DNA from: Octopus vulgaris
Lineage: Eukaryota
DNA length: 64,000 nt
Assembly (NCBI GenBank): GCA_951406725.2
Contig: OX597830.1
Coordinates: forward strand, 75,454,001 to 75,518,000
Direction of reading: 5' to 3'
Shown: in pieces, positions 12,828-24,725 of the stretch
Layout of the letters: each line of letters starts with the position of its first letter
How positions within the stretch are numbered: position 1 is the stretch's first letter
Translations under genes and position numbers: made by a program
Notes under the pieces: model-generated
Seen by the model: the letters and a program-made list of their open reading frames with translations, nothing else
What the model was told of the DNA's origin: nothing
The model's database searches: none

Positions 12828-13399
12828 GTTTTGGGAGGGTCATTACATTTTGGTGTTAATACTGCTCCTGTTGCTATTAATTGGTTTTTAATTAGCCCAC
12901 ATGCTATTTGCGACATCACTGCCTGAATTGACACTTATATTCTATATATCATTGACAGGGAAATCGACTGCTACGTCACTGATGGACGTCAGCTATTGAT
13001 AAGCCCAACGACGAGCTACATATGAATGTATGTATGTATGTATGTATGTATGTACGTACGTATGTATATGTGTATTGAAATGTAATGTCTACTGACAAGT
13101 TTCGTAGAACGTCACCGGAGAAATTACTTCGTGTTATGTTGCACCCCTTTATGACCTGATTTTACCTTTGCTAAGGTCGATTTTTCCTCACCTCCTTTTC
13201 AAATTGCAAACCATTTGTATGGAAATAATCGAATAGTATATTTTTTAATGTTGTGTCCGCAGAATGTATATACACATCTTCATTGGAGAAAACCTCTTTC
13301 AGTTGTGTTTTCAGTTTAACTTCTGTCCCGTTAGGATCAAGCCAACATCTCACATGCAGCACCAGTACAGCACAGTATATTCAACCGCGTGGCCAACTA

Positions 13400-13640
13400 T
13401 CACGTTTGATCAACAATGCTTTAGATACATTTAACAAGATATTTACTGTATTATACTTTGGCTTTTATAGAGATGACGCTCTAGCTGCATTTAAAATCAC
13501 CAATGTACATATATTAAGCATATTACTGAAGGACATTATATATAGGTAGAGTAATTTCGGCTTAAATATAACTAAAGCTAATAACTTAACTACTGTTAAT
13601 ATCCTTGATGTTACCGTAGATTTAGCCACTATTCAAGAAG
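13400..13640 (+). mobile_element. Penelope-like RT fragment (YRDD type)
   Basis: FGFYRDDALAAF ... FGLNITKANNLTTVNILDVTVDL, matching GLYRDDGL..FGLxIT...VNFLDVTLDL of PLE RTs. Confidence 0.65.
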
Positions 13641-13815
13641 AATAGAATAAAATATTAAACAAGCAACGCCGGTAAATACAACATAGATATCCATAATATA
13701 CTATAAATTCTTCTATGATATACTTTTATCCATAAATAAATACATTTATCCTTTGTTTCGGTGATACTGTCACCAGTAAATCCTATTCAAATGTTCTTTC
13801 ATTTTAAACACAATA

Positions 13816-14817
13816 TAATTATGCGCGCCAAGGAGAGGGCATCTACGTGGTCACATGTTTTACTAAAAATAGCAGCAAGATATCTGTAAAATCCAATCCA
13901 AAAATGCCCTACCAATCCATAAGACAAAGAGCAAAACACTAATTTATTTCTTGGTCCGCAATGCCCGAAAACCAATATAGGATGGCCACGACTGTAACGC
14001 TTTTGATCATAGGTCTACTCGGTCATGGATGACTTGGGGACTGTACGACGACAACAATATCAACATAATTATGCGAGCCAAGGAGAGGGCATCTACGTGG
14101 TCACATATTTTACTAAAAATAGCAGCAAGATATCTGTAAAATCCAATCCAAAATTGTCCTACCAATCCATAAGACAAAGAGCAAAACACTAATTTATTTC
14201 TAGGTCCGCAATGCCTGAAAACCAATATAGGATGGCCACGACTGTAACGCTTTTGATCATAGGTCTACTCGGTCATGGATGACTTGGGGACTGTACGACG
14301 ACAACAATATCAACATAATTATGCGAGCCAAGGAGAGGGCATCTACGTGGTCACATATTTTACTAAAAATAGCAGCAAGATATCTGTAAAATCCAATCCA
14401 AAAATGCCCTACCAATCCATAAGACAAAGAGCAAAACACTAATTTATTTCTAGGTCCGCAATGCCCGAAAACCAATATAGGATGGCCACGACTGTAACGC
14501 TTTTGATCATAGGTCTACTCGGTCATGGATGACTTGGGGACTGTACGACGACAACAATATCAACATAATTATGCGAGCCAAGGAGAGGGCATCTACGTGG
14601 TCACATATTTTACTAAAAATAGCAGCAAGATATCTGTAAAATCCAATCCAAAAATGCCCTACCAATCCATAAGACAAAGAGCAAAACACTAATTTATTTC
14701 TAGGTCCGCAATGCCCGAAAACCAATATAGGATGGCCACGACTGTAACGCTTTTGATCATAGGTCTACTCGGTCATGGATGACTTGGGGGCTGAACGACG
14801 ACAACAATATCAACATA
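13816..14817 (+). repeat. Tandem array, 4 x 250 bp near-identical units
   Basis: ataattatgcg recurs at ~13816, 14066, 14316, 14566; near-identical 72-aa ORFs repeat at exact 250-bp spacing. Confidence 0.97.
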
Positions 14818-14968
14818 AACAACCTAATTATGTCACAATAAGTCAATTAAATGACATCTCTAAAATGTTAATTGTGATTTGTAAAACAAACAAATGTTAT
14901 GCTGCAGTGATCACGTATTTTCTTATTACAGAAAAGTGAGTGTTTGGGTATGTTTTAATGACTGCGTG

Positions 14969-15045
<77 letters not shown>

Positions 15046-15163
15046 ATGCACGTATGTATATATATATACATATATATGTATATATATATAAATATATGTA
15101 TGTATGTATATATATATATTACATATATATATAAATATATGTATATATATACATATATATATG

Positions 15164-15194
<31 letters not shown>

Positions 15195-15739
15195 TATATA
15201 TATATATATATATATACATATATATATGTATATATATGTGTGTGTGTGTGTATGTATGAGTGTGTGTGTGTCTGTATGTGTATATAGCTAATGTATGAAT
15301 TGTGTATGTATGTGGGTTCGTGTAAGCTGAGTCTAGTAAAATTTATGTAAGTGCGTTTTTTCAAATTGTGTATTTGGGTTTGTGATTCAGTTTGTTTTCT
15401 CCTTTTTTTTTTTTTTCGTGTTCTTCTTTTCTCTCTTATGTTCGTTTTGTTGTTTGATTTTTTTTTTCACGGAAGGAAGACACAAAGCAACAACAACAAA
15501 ATTAACATCGACAGGCTCCAGCGACATGAGAGCGTACGAAGCTACATTAATTTGGTCATTCGACTTGCTAGAAATAAGAGCCATAATTTTCTCTCATATT
15601 CCACTTTGCTCTCTTCAAAACCGCATACAAAACGACTGTGGATCTTCTAAGGTAAACTAGTCCGGAAGAAAGCAAGTTTTCTCTCCTCCTCCTCCTTCTT
15701 CTTCTTCTTCTTCTTCTTCTTCTTCTTCTTCTTCTTCTT

Positions 15740-15834
<95 letters not shown>

Positions 15835-15835
<1 letters not shown>

Positions 15836-16389
15836 GAGTGAGAGAGCAGTGCATGCCATCAAAGTGACACTGGGGTAAAATATACGAAGCCCAATATACC
15901 CATCATGACTACCCGTCTGATAAGGGCACACCAGGCACATGCATCACAACCATATGTGCGCGACATGGTGATCTCATATCAAGATAAACAGCACATGACC
16001 TTGCAGGTGGGGTTCAGTTAGAATTTTCTTCAGGTTGAGTAGCCCATCCCGCTGAAGCGGTCCCTGAATAAGGGTTGTTTAAGGATGTTGAAAGAACCAC
16101 CCATGTTTCCAGAGGTGAATTATTCAAACCCCAAAGAATCCCTCTCAACACATGGCTATGATGCTCCCCCACTACTTCTGCTCGTGATCAGAGATGCACA
16201 TATCGTCAGCCACTAAGGGACATGCTCAACTGGTTAAGGTCAAACAACTGACAAGCAAATCTGTGGTATTGAGCAGAATATTTGCTGTAGCCCATCTTTT
16301 ATATCAAGACAAAACAATGTACATGATAACACTTCCAATCAGTTAAGATCAGAAGCCATGAGAGCCATTGCCTGGTACTGCATCAGGGC

Positions 16390-16392
<3 letters not shown>
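15835..16392 (-). mobile_element. ~560 bp non-coding retroposon-like element embedded in (TTA)n
   Basis: Flanked on both sides by (TTA)n; homologous in reverse orientation to 59422-59872; orientation inferred from truncation of the second copy. Confidence 0.8.
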
Positions 16393-16423
<31 letters not shown>

Positions 16424-16552
16424 TGTGTATGATTGAAAGAAAGATGAAGAAGAGAGGATAGAATATGCGGAGACGAAGAAATGACAGGGCGACACAGAGA
16501 AAAAGCAAAGAAATCAGAGAGAGAGAGAGAAGGGGTGGGAGCGAAAAAGAGA

Positions 16553-16587
<35 letters not shown>

Positions 16588-16590
16588 TCA

Positions 16591-16648
16591 GAGTTCCCGT
16601 TAGTCGAACAGTGTTGATGAACAGGAACGTGAAACTCTGAGTAGCAGC
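16591..16648 (+). ncRNA. Partial hammerhead motif (5' core lost in TA repeat)
   Basis: GA-GUUCCCGUU...AACAGGAAC-GU-GAAA-CUCUGAG-UA-GCAGC: stem II, GAAA, short stem III and UH site. Confidence 0.4.
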
Positions 16649-16746
16649 TTTTGTCTTTGCACCTTATTAATAAAGCATATTGCTCTACCTCTGGTATTCG
16701 AGTATTATTTTTCCACCTTGTTTCACATTTAAGCGCTTACTCTGGT

Positions 16747-16829
<83 letters not shown>

Positions 16830-16844
16830 TGTTTATTATACATT

Positions 16845-17188
16845 GTGAAGGCACATGGGTCAGTGGTTAGGGCGATGGGCTCACAATCATGAGATAGTGA
16901 TTTCGATTTCCGGACCCGACTGTGTGTTGTATTCTTGAGTGAGACACTTTATTTCTCATTGCTGCAGTTCACTCAGCCGTAGAAATGAGTTGCGACATCA
17001 TTGGTGCCAAGCTGCATCGGCCTTTGTCTTTCCCTTGGATAAAATCTGTGACGTGGAGAGGGGAGGCTGGCATACTTGCGAGACTGCTGGTCTCCCCTCA
17101 AATAACATTGCCCGGACTTGTCCTTCGGAGTGTGATTTTCTTGATGCAATCCCATGGTCCTACATCACGGAAGGAGTTCTTTACCCTT

Positions 17189-17190
<2 letters not shown>
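16845..17190 (+). mobile_element. tRNA-derived SINE (family D) with CORE-like segment
   Basis: ggcacatgggtcagtggttagggc A-box, gatttcgatttcc B-box, ttcttgagtgagacactttattt..cagttcactcagc. Confidence 0.7.
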
Positions 17191-17234
<44 letters not shown>

Positions 17235-17396
17235 CACACATATATATATGTATGTATATATATATATTTGTTGATGCAAAGTCCAAGACTATATGTATAT
17301 GTGTGTGTATATTTGGGGGTGCATGTATATGCATGTGTAAGTGTATGAATATGTCCGTATATTAATGGGTGCATACGGATGTATTCGTTTATGTTA

Positions 17397-18203
17397 TACT
17401 AGCAGCATAGCCCGGCGTTGCCCGGGTATGTAAGAGCCCCTAGTAGGCAACGACTAATCCCAATCTAGTCCTTTCCCTCTAAGGAACGAAGGCACATGTG
17501 TAGGTTGCAGTGTCTTCTCTTCACTCCCAAATAACTATCAAACAGCTATCGATAATTCAACCCAACCAATTCCTACCAGGAAAATATTACATTCGAGACT
17601 TTACCCCCATCACCGCCACTTCTGCTAATAGCTGCTGCAGCCGCTAGTTATTTGAATACTTTTTTGTTTACACTTTCTTTATAACTACCACCCCAAACGT
17701 TTTACCTTAAATTTTTGACGTACCCTAAGGGTCCTCGGACGCTACTTGCAAACACTTGGTTTATTATAAACCGCTTTTGTCGTGTGCACCAAAAAAACCT
17801 TTTCCATTCGTTTGTTCAGTTTGGTCACTTTTGACTTTTTCGTTGTTGTCACTCACATTGCTGCCAGCTTTTTTGCCGTTTTTGTACATTTTTATACATT
17901 TTGGGATACTTACCCCACGTGTTCCGAGAGTTAAAATGGTCGAGTTGCGTCCCCTAGACAGTCTGTAGAAAATGTGTTGCATATAAAAAGCTTAGATTCT
18001 CGACCCCATGTCGAATTTATCGATTTGTTTTCAGAATTGGGGGAACTTTTCAAAATTTTCGCTGCGTTAGTTTTGAATTATGACATTGGGCTATGTGTGT
18101 GTCAAGTTTCATCAGAATCGGTTGAAAGCCGTGGTCTGGGTGAGGGTACAACCTGACAGATACACAGGCACACAGACAGACAAACTGCCGTTTATATATA
18201 GAG
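17397..18203 (+). mobile_element. Non-autonomous Helitron/HINE (DINE-1/Lep1-like) element
   Basis: 5' tactagcagcatagcccggcgttgcccggg hairpin; 3' caagtttcatcagaatcgg...(ACAG)n...tttatatatagag; both ends shared with 35034-35410. Confidence 0.7.
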
Positions 18204-18214
18204 AGAGATATACG

Positions 18215-20285
18215 GATAACGGAAAGAATAAAAGACTATATGACTTCTGCGACCATATCCAACTTTTACCAAATACCCTGGATAAGCGAAAAATTAATTC
18301 AAACCTTAATAATTTAGAATGGGAAAACCTAATTGAACTATAAAACGACAAAAATCTGAAAAAGGAAGTGCCGTAGTCCTGATGGACGCAGATTACTGCA
18401 AAAACATTGTATTATCCATGCTAGAAAACGATACCTTCTACGAAAAAGTTGTAAACTACAAGCAACAAAAACAATAAAAATTATACCTCCAGAATATTTC
18501 TCCATTGAAAAGACTTGACAGAAAAAGAAATAGATTATATCCCGAACTTTAAGTATGTAAACCTAGGTTCTTTTACGGCTTACCTAAAATACACAAGGGC
18601 AAGGTACTTAATGAAGCCTGCCAACAATCACCAGGTAAATACATAAATATCCTAGCACCAGAAGATTTAAAGTTGAAACCCATTATAGCTGGCCCAGTCT
18701 GTCAAACCCACCGTCTAAGCAATTTTCTAGACATCCTACTGAAACCCTTGCTGAAATACATCAAAAGTTTCATTAGAAACGATCTAGATATGCTTGAGCA
18801 CCTCCCAAAAACAACTAATGAAAAGACATTATTGGTTTCCTTCGATGTTATTAATCTTTACACCAATATCCCACATGACTATGGAATAGAAGCAATAAAA
18901 TTCTGGCAGGAAAAGCACTCCGAAGAACATCCGGAACGCATAAACCAAGTTTTTATTATTAAAAGTTTAAAATTTATACTTCAGAACACATATTTCCTAT
19001 TTCACGTCACCTACTATCGTCAAAAATGCGGAATTGCGATGGGAACGAAAGCAGCGCGTTCTTGAGGACGTAATAACGGGATATTTTGAATTCAGCACAT
19101 ATGAAGTGTCACTGCAAAATATGGACATCTATTTCAACATTTTATAAGGAAAAACTGGAAAAGATATCTGGATGACTGCTTTATCATTTAAAATGTGACC
19201 ATTAATAAACTTTTAGAAGTTAAATCAATACCAAATAATATAAACACTAACATTCAATTTAAAATGGAATGTAGCAAAGATCAGCAACCTTTTAAAGATA
19301 TTATGATAAAAAAAAGTCAACAATCAAATTGTAACTGACATTTATCATAAGCGAACGCACTCGAAACAATATGTTCTGTTTAGCTCATGCCACCCGAAGC
19401 ACATCAAAAAGAAAATCTCTTTAATTTAGCAAACACTATGTGCATGATAGTGTCTGATAGAAATACCAGGGACCTCCGTCCTTAAGACCTCAGAACAACA
19501 CTAACTGAGAGACAAAATACACCCCTAGTTATAGACGATGGAATTAAGCGTACCAAGAAATTAGGCATTAAAACACTAATGGAAACATAACGTAACACTA
19601 CACCACATCTCAAAAACATTATCGTATATATCAATGCATAACCCTAGAAACAACGAGGCATACAATACTATCGTACAAAATTTACCTATGCTCATTAGGG
19701 ATCCAAAAATAAACAACATTCTGAAAACACAAATTCATCAAATGCAAAAAGCAACACAAATTGCTGAAAAGACTTCTGTCAAACGTGAAGCTTTTCACAG
19801 CAACCAAGAAACCAATGGTTAAAAATGTGGACGTCCAAACTGCGGAGCTGCTGCAACATGCTGGAAGGCTCAGAATTCCTATTTAAACAAGGTGAGAAGT
19901 TCAAAATTCCTATTTAAACAAGGTGAGAAGTTCAAAATTCCTATTTAAACAAGGTGAGAAGTTCACAATTAAAACTAACTTCACTTGTGCTTTCGAGATT
20001 CTAATTTATGTTATAACTTGTTCAGGTTGTGGATATAACTATATAGGACGGACAAGTATGGCACTTAGACAGAGAACCACTCTACATAAAGAAACAGATC
20101 TGTTTACCACAGTGCAGACAGATTCCTTTGAGTGAACACATAGAGAGATGTGCAGTTAATACCCGACCAAACTTCACAGTTTTCCCATCTACCAGTGCAA
20201 AGAAACAATTTCTGTTCAAGAGAGTTTAAGTAAAGAAAATTTATTTATCGAAAAACACAAAACACGCCTAAATATGAACGCATAA
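18215..20285 (+). mobile_element. Penelope-like element, decayed RT + GIY-YIG endonuclease ORF
   Basis: KGSAVVLMD, FYGLPKIHK, KPIIAGP, LVSFDVINLYTNIP, QKCGIAMGT, WKRYLDDCF, TDIYHK..SCHPKH, Cys linker CGRPNC, LIYVITCSGCGYNYIGRT; many stops and frameshifts. Confidence 0.92.
19874..19965 (+). repeat. 3 x 31 bp tandem duplication inside the PLE
   Basis: aattcctatttaaacaaggtgagaagttcaa starts at 19874, 19905 and 19936. Confidence 0.95.
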
Positions 20286-20546
20286 CCAACTTTGGTTTCA
20301 GTATATATTTTAAGTGATGTTTACATACACATCATTGAAAATATTTCATCTCACTAATTTAGCTTTTAAGTCTTTTATATTTATTTACTCCTTCCCCCCC
20401 CCATAAATGAGCAGTTACCACCCCTGTTCCGAATAATAACGATTACTAATTACCTCCGCTTAGATTGTTATACCTGTTGATTCATTTCCTTCACACAACG
20501 TGGTCTAAAATTTTCTTAAGAAAATACGAAATTACAATAATTTCAA

Positions 20547-20579
20547 TGTCATGATTGGCGAAAGCGAAACCGATCGACA
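20547..20579 (+). ncRNA. Degenerate minimal type-I hammerhead in the PLE 3' pLTR
   Basis: UGUC-AUGAUUG-GC GAAA GC-GAAA-CCGA-UC-GACA, ~265 bp after the GIY-YIG end; stems I and II intact, core decayed. Confidence 0.65.
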
Positions 20580-20639
20580 AACACAATACTATATTAGAAA
20601 ACATATTGACAGTATGTAAACTTTTTATTTTACTTCTTT

Positions 20640-20696
<57 letters not shown>

Positions 20697-20726
20697 CATA
20701 CAAACATACATACATACATACATACA

Positions 20727-20813
<87 letters not shown>

Positions 20814-21285
20814 TTAATAAAAAAGGGCAAAATCAATAATTTTACCAGATAGCCACTGCAGAAATAAAAACCTTATAGTTAGATTTTAGAAAATATTTTA
20901 TAATTATATACACAATTATAACAAGGGGTTGGCTTAATGCCTGACCACACAACGTAAGAAATATACTCTAAAGTCTTTTTACTACCTTAAAACTTCCGAG
21001 AACAGCATACTTTATTGTAGGCAAGCAAAAGACAAATAATGAATCAATGAAGCTGATTAACTACTTTACTTCAGCATAGTATTTCGTATAAGTTCACGAG
21101 TAGTTCAAAATATGCACGCGATGAGCGTCATCATATGTCCGATATCTATCGACACTCGTAAAAATACCTACGTGGGTGTTAAGATCTAGACCGCAGTAAA
21201 TGCAGTTTCGATTCAAATGTCATTTTAATAATAATACATACATACATACATACATATATATATATGTATACATATATATATATAT

Positions 21286-21485
21286 GCAGCACGGATTTTT
21301 GTCAGTGAACAGGTCGCGGATTTTAGCGACGAAAATATTTTGACAAATTAAACTTAAATGTTGAAGTGAATCGAACGGCTTTTGTGTGTTTCTTAAATGG
21401 CTTATAAACACCTTCCACGCTGCAATTGTTTTCGTTTCAGCACACGATCTCAGATCAAATTACTTGCTATGCGAGTACATCTCCC
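21286..21485 (+). mobile_element. ~200 bp non-autonomous repeat carrying a GUGAACA-core hammerhead
   Basis: Homologous along its length to 52214-52410; begins with the hammerhead fold at 21298-21347. Confidence 0.8.
21298..21347 (+). ncRNA. Minimal type-I hammerhead ribozyme, G3:C8 core variant
   Basis: UUUGUCA-GUGAACA-G-GUCGC GGAUUUUA GCGAC-GAAA-AUAU-UU-UGACAAA: perfect 7-bp stem I, 5-bp stem II, palindromic AAUAUU in place of stem III. Confidence 0.7.
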
Positions 21486-21535
<50 letters not shown>

Positions 21536-21849
21536 CAGACTTAGACACACACACAAGCGCACATATATAAGATATACTTGGCCTGACTAGTAACCGCCGG
21601 TATTCACATCGCTTTGATATTCACAACTTCTAAGGTTCCGCTAGATATGAAACATACCCCGGATCTTTTGTGTGTGTGTGCATGTACATGGTTAGTAACT
21701 TGAGTCGCTACGAATGTAAATAAAAAATCGAAATTGTGGAAGTGGAGCAGGTAAAATTCAGGCTAAATATGTTTCCTAGCTACGAGATCCTCTGGTGTAA
21801 TAATTCCTCAGCAATGGATAATAAGTTAGTCACACATGTTTTTTTATCT

Positions 21850-22155
21850 AGATTTTAACATTATCTCCTTCGAAATAGCCATCTTGCGCAGCAGTATATC
21901 GGTCCCTGCGTTTTCGCTACATTTGGAATCCGGCCTGGAGGTCGTTTTCCGTAAACGAATCGAGGATCTTCCGCGATTTGCTCTGGGTCTCGACAACGAT
22001 GTTAAAACGGTGACATTTGAGCTGCATTTTCATCTTGGGGAGGAGATGGAAGTCCGTAGGTGCTAAATCTGATGATAGGGCAGGTAAGGAAGCGATACCA
22101 TGTTGTTTTTGGCAAGAAAGACACGAGTGAAGAGAGCTCAGTGAAGAATCCAATG
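21850..22155 (-). mobile_element. Mariner transposase C-terminal remnant
   Basis: LPALSSDLAPTDFHLLPKMKMQLKCHRF...FQM*RKRRDRYTAAQDGYFEGDN, corresponding to YSPDLAPxDF..LK..RF...GxYFEGD. Confidence 0.8.
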
Positions 22156-22184
22156 TATTGCACTCCGCAAATCCGCTTAGTATA

Positions 22185-22380
22185 CTCCTTCATATACTTC
22201 AAAACTGGAAAGTTTTACAGATTTTTATAATTTCATTGATAGCTTGGATCTGTAGTCTTCGAATCAGATCTCTACTTTCTGGTTTTGAGAAGTTTGATTT
22301 CTCAAGATTGAAAGTTAGGCAGTGTGTGACACATCCCAGTACCCCAATCATTGTAGGTATAAACCTGAACTTGCATTCTG

Positions 22381-22435
<55 letters not shown>

Positions 22436-24080
22436 CATTGTTCAGTTTTCTTTCAATATTTCTTTGCAATAGAGAACGAGCTAAATTCTAACGTAGATCC
22501 AAGTCTCCTTCATTGGAATTTCAACATCAACAGCAGGTTATTTTTTATGTATGTATGTATGTATTTATGTATGTATGTATGTATGTATGTATGTATGTAT
22601 GTATGTATGTATGTATGTATGTATGTATGTATGTATGTATGTATGTATGTATGCATTTATGTATGAATATGTGCAGATTTGCATGCTTTGTTTTATGTAT
22701 GTATTCGCAGACATATCTAGACATGCTCATATATATTTAAATGATAAACTTCTGGAAAGTTTTACAGATTTTCACAGTTCCAGTGATGGATTGGATCTGT
22801 AGTCTTCGAATTAGGTTTCTCCTTTCTGGTTTTTGAGAAGCCTAATTTTTCAAGAGTTGTATTTATACGGTGTGTTACATATCGCATGGCCCCGCGTGTA
22901 TGTATGCATGTATGCATGTATGTGTGTATGTATGTATTTATATATGTATATATGCATGCATGCATGTATATCATTATTCAGTTTATTTCAAGATTTCTTG
23001 CCAATGGTGAAAGGCTCCTTCATTGGAATTTCAACATCATCAACAGGGAATTTTTGTATGTATGTATGTATGTATGTGTACATGTGCAGATGTATGCTTT
23101 ATGTATGTATGCTCGTGCATATAGTAGCATATCTAGACATGCTCATATAAATTTAAATGCAAAACTTCTGGAAAGTTTTACAGATTTTTACAGTTCCAGT
23201 GATGGACTGGATATGTAGTCTTCGAATTAGCTTCCACGTTTCAGGTTTTGAGAAGCCCAATTTCTCAAGATTAGTATTTAGGCAGTGTGTTACATATCCC
23301 AGGGCCTCAAAAATTACAGGTATAAACCTGAATTTGTAATCTGGATAGAGTAACTGCAGATTTCTCAATAGTTCAGCGTAGGTGTTCTCTTTTTCCCTGA
23401 CCTTCAGCCTTATGTTAACACCCGCTGGGCAGCTAATTTCATCAGCTGTCCGCAGTTTCTCTTCCCTATCCCAAGTCATTATATCAGGTCTGTTGTGCTT
23501 ACATTTTAATGAGTTCTCCACAGGTACATTCCACCAGTATTCCTTTTTATTATGAGTGGCTATGGCTTCTACCATACCATACTATCGGTAATATCTTCGG
23601 TAAGAACTCCACAAAGTCTGCATCCTCTGTCACATTTTACAGCTTCTCCTGCAGATCTATCCTTTTTGTGCATCAGGTACTTGGTTGATATTTCCTGTTC
23701 CTGGATTGCAAACGCATACCTGTAAAAGTGGAAGCTAGTAATCCGAGTATTCATCGTATTTTCGATAGTGTCCCACGCCATATACGCGACTTGTCACTTC
23801 GAATGTAATGCATGTATGTATATATGTATGTACGTATGTATGTATGTATGTATGTATGTATGTATGTATGTATGTATGTACGTATGTATGTATGTATGTA
23901 ATTATGTATGTATGTATGTATGTATGCATGCATGTATGGTTAATCTGGGTAGAGTAACTGCAAATTACTCAGTAGTTCAACGTAGGTATTTACTTTTTGC
24001 CGATCGTCAGCTTTATGTTAACATCCCCTGGGCAGCTGATTTCCACAACTGTACACAGATTTTTCTCTATCCCAAATCGT

Positions 24081-24114
<34 letters not shown>

Positions 24115-24595
24115 TGTATGTATGTATGTATGTATGTATATTGTTATTCAGTTTTATTTCAAGATTTCTTGCCAATATAGAAAGAACCAAGGCTCTTTCA
24201 TTGAATTTTCAGTAACATCCACAGGATATTTGTTCATTTTTGTGTGCATGTGTGTACTATTTGGAGTTGGCGCATGAGCGGATTTGCATAGTTTTTCTAT
24301 GTATGGATTTTCATGCATGTAGCTGCATGTCTAGACATACGCATAAATACTTAAATACTAAACTTTTGGAAAGATTTACACATTTTTACAGTTCCATTAA
24401 AGACTTAAATCCGAAATTTTTGCAATTAACTTAGTTCTTCCTGATTTTGAGAAAACTAATTTCTAAAGGGTGGTGCTTAGACAGTTTGTTACATTTCCCA
24501 CTATCCCGATGTTTGCAGGTATAAACCTGAACTTGCAATCCATGTTGAGTAACTATAAGTTCTTCAATAGTTCAGTGTAGGCGTTTTGATTTTCA
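22185..24595 (-). mobile_element. Cluster of ~5 5'-truncated R4-clade RLE-LINE 3' ends in (TATG)n
   Basis: Pieces ~22185-22383, 22435-22895, 22970-23805, 23940-24080, 24140-24595; FAIQEQEISTKY, CRLC, HNRPDIMTWD..EISCP..KENTY..IPVIFEALG (zinc knuckle + PD-(D/E)xK endonuclease); separated by TATG/TA repeats. Confidence 0.88.
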
Positions 24596-24607
24596 CAACG
24601 ACATATG

Positions 24608-24668
24608 TCCGTGGTTAAGAGACCGGCCTACTAACCCCAAGAGTCCGAGTTCGATTCCAGGCAGTGAA

Positions 24669-24671
<3 letters not shown>
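24608..24671 (+). mobile_element. tRNA-derived SINE head followed by (AAT)n
   Basis: gtggttaaga A-box part, gagttcgattcc B-box, then (AAT)n at 24672-24725. Confidence 0.65.

Positions 24672-24725
<54 letters not shown>

Noticed and set aside
13816-14817. CRISPR-like array or tandem 72-aa gene cluster
   Set aside because: No unique spacers, eukaryotic context and non-ATG ORF starts; also no CUGANGA/GAAA core on either strand by eye.
16320-16392. HDV-like ribozyme at the 5' end of the (AAT)n-associated element
   Set aside because: Hairpins are present but I could not build the P1/P1.1/P2/P3 double pseudoknot or find a J4/2 catalytic C motif.
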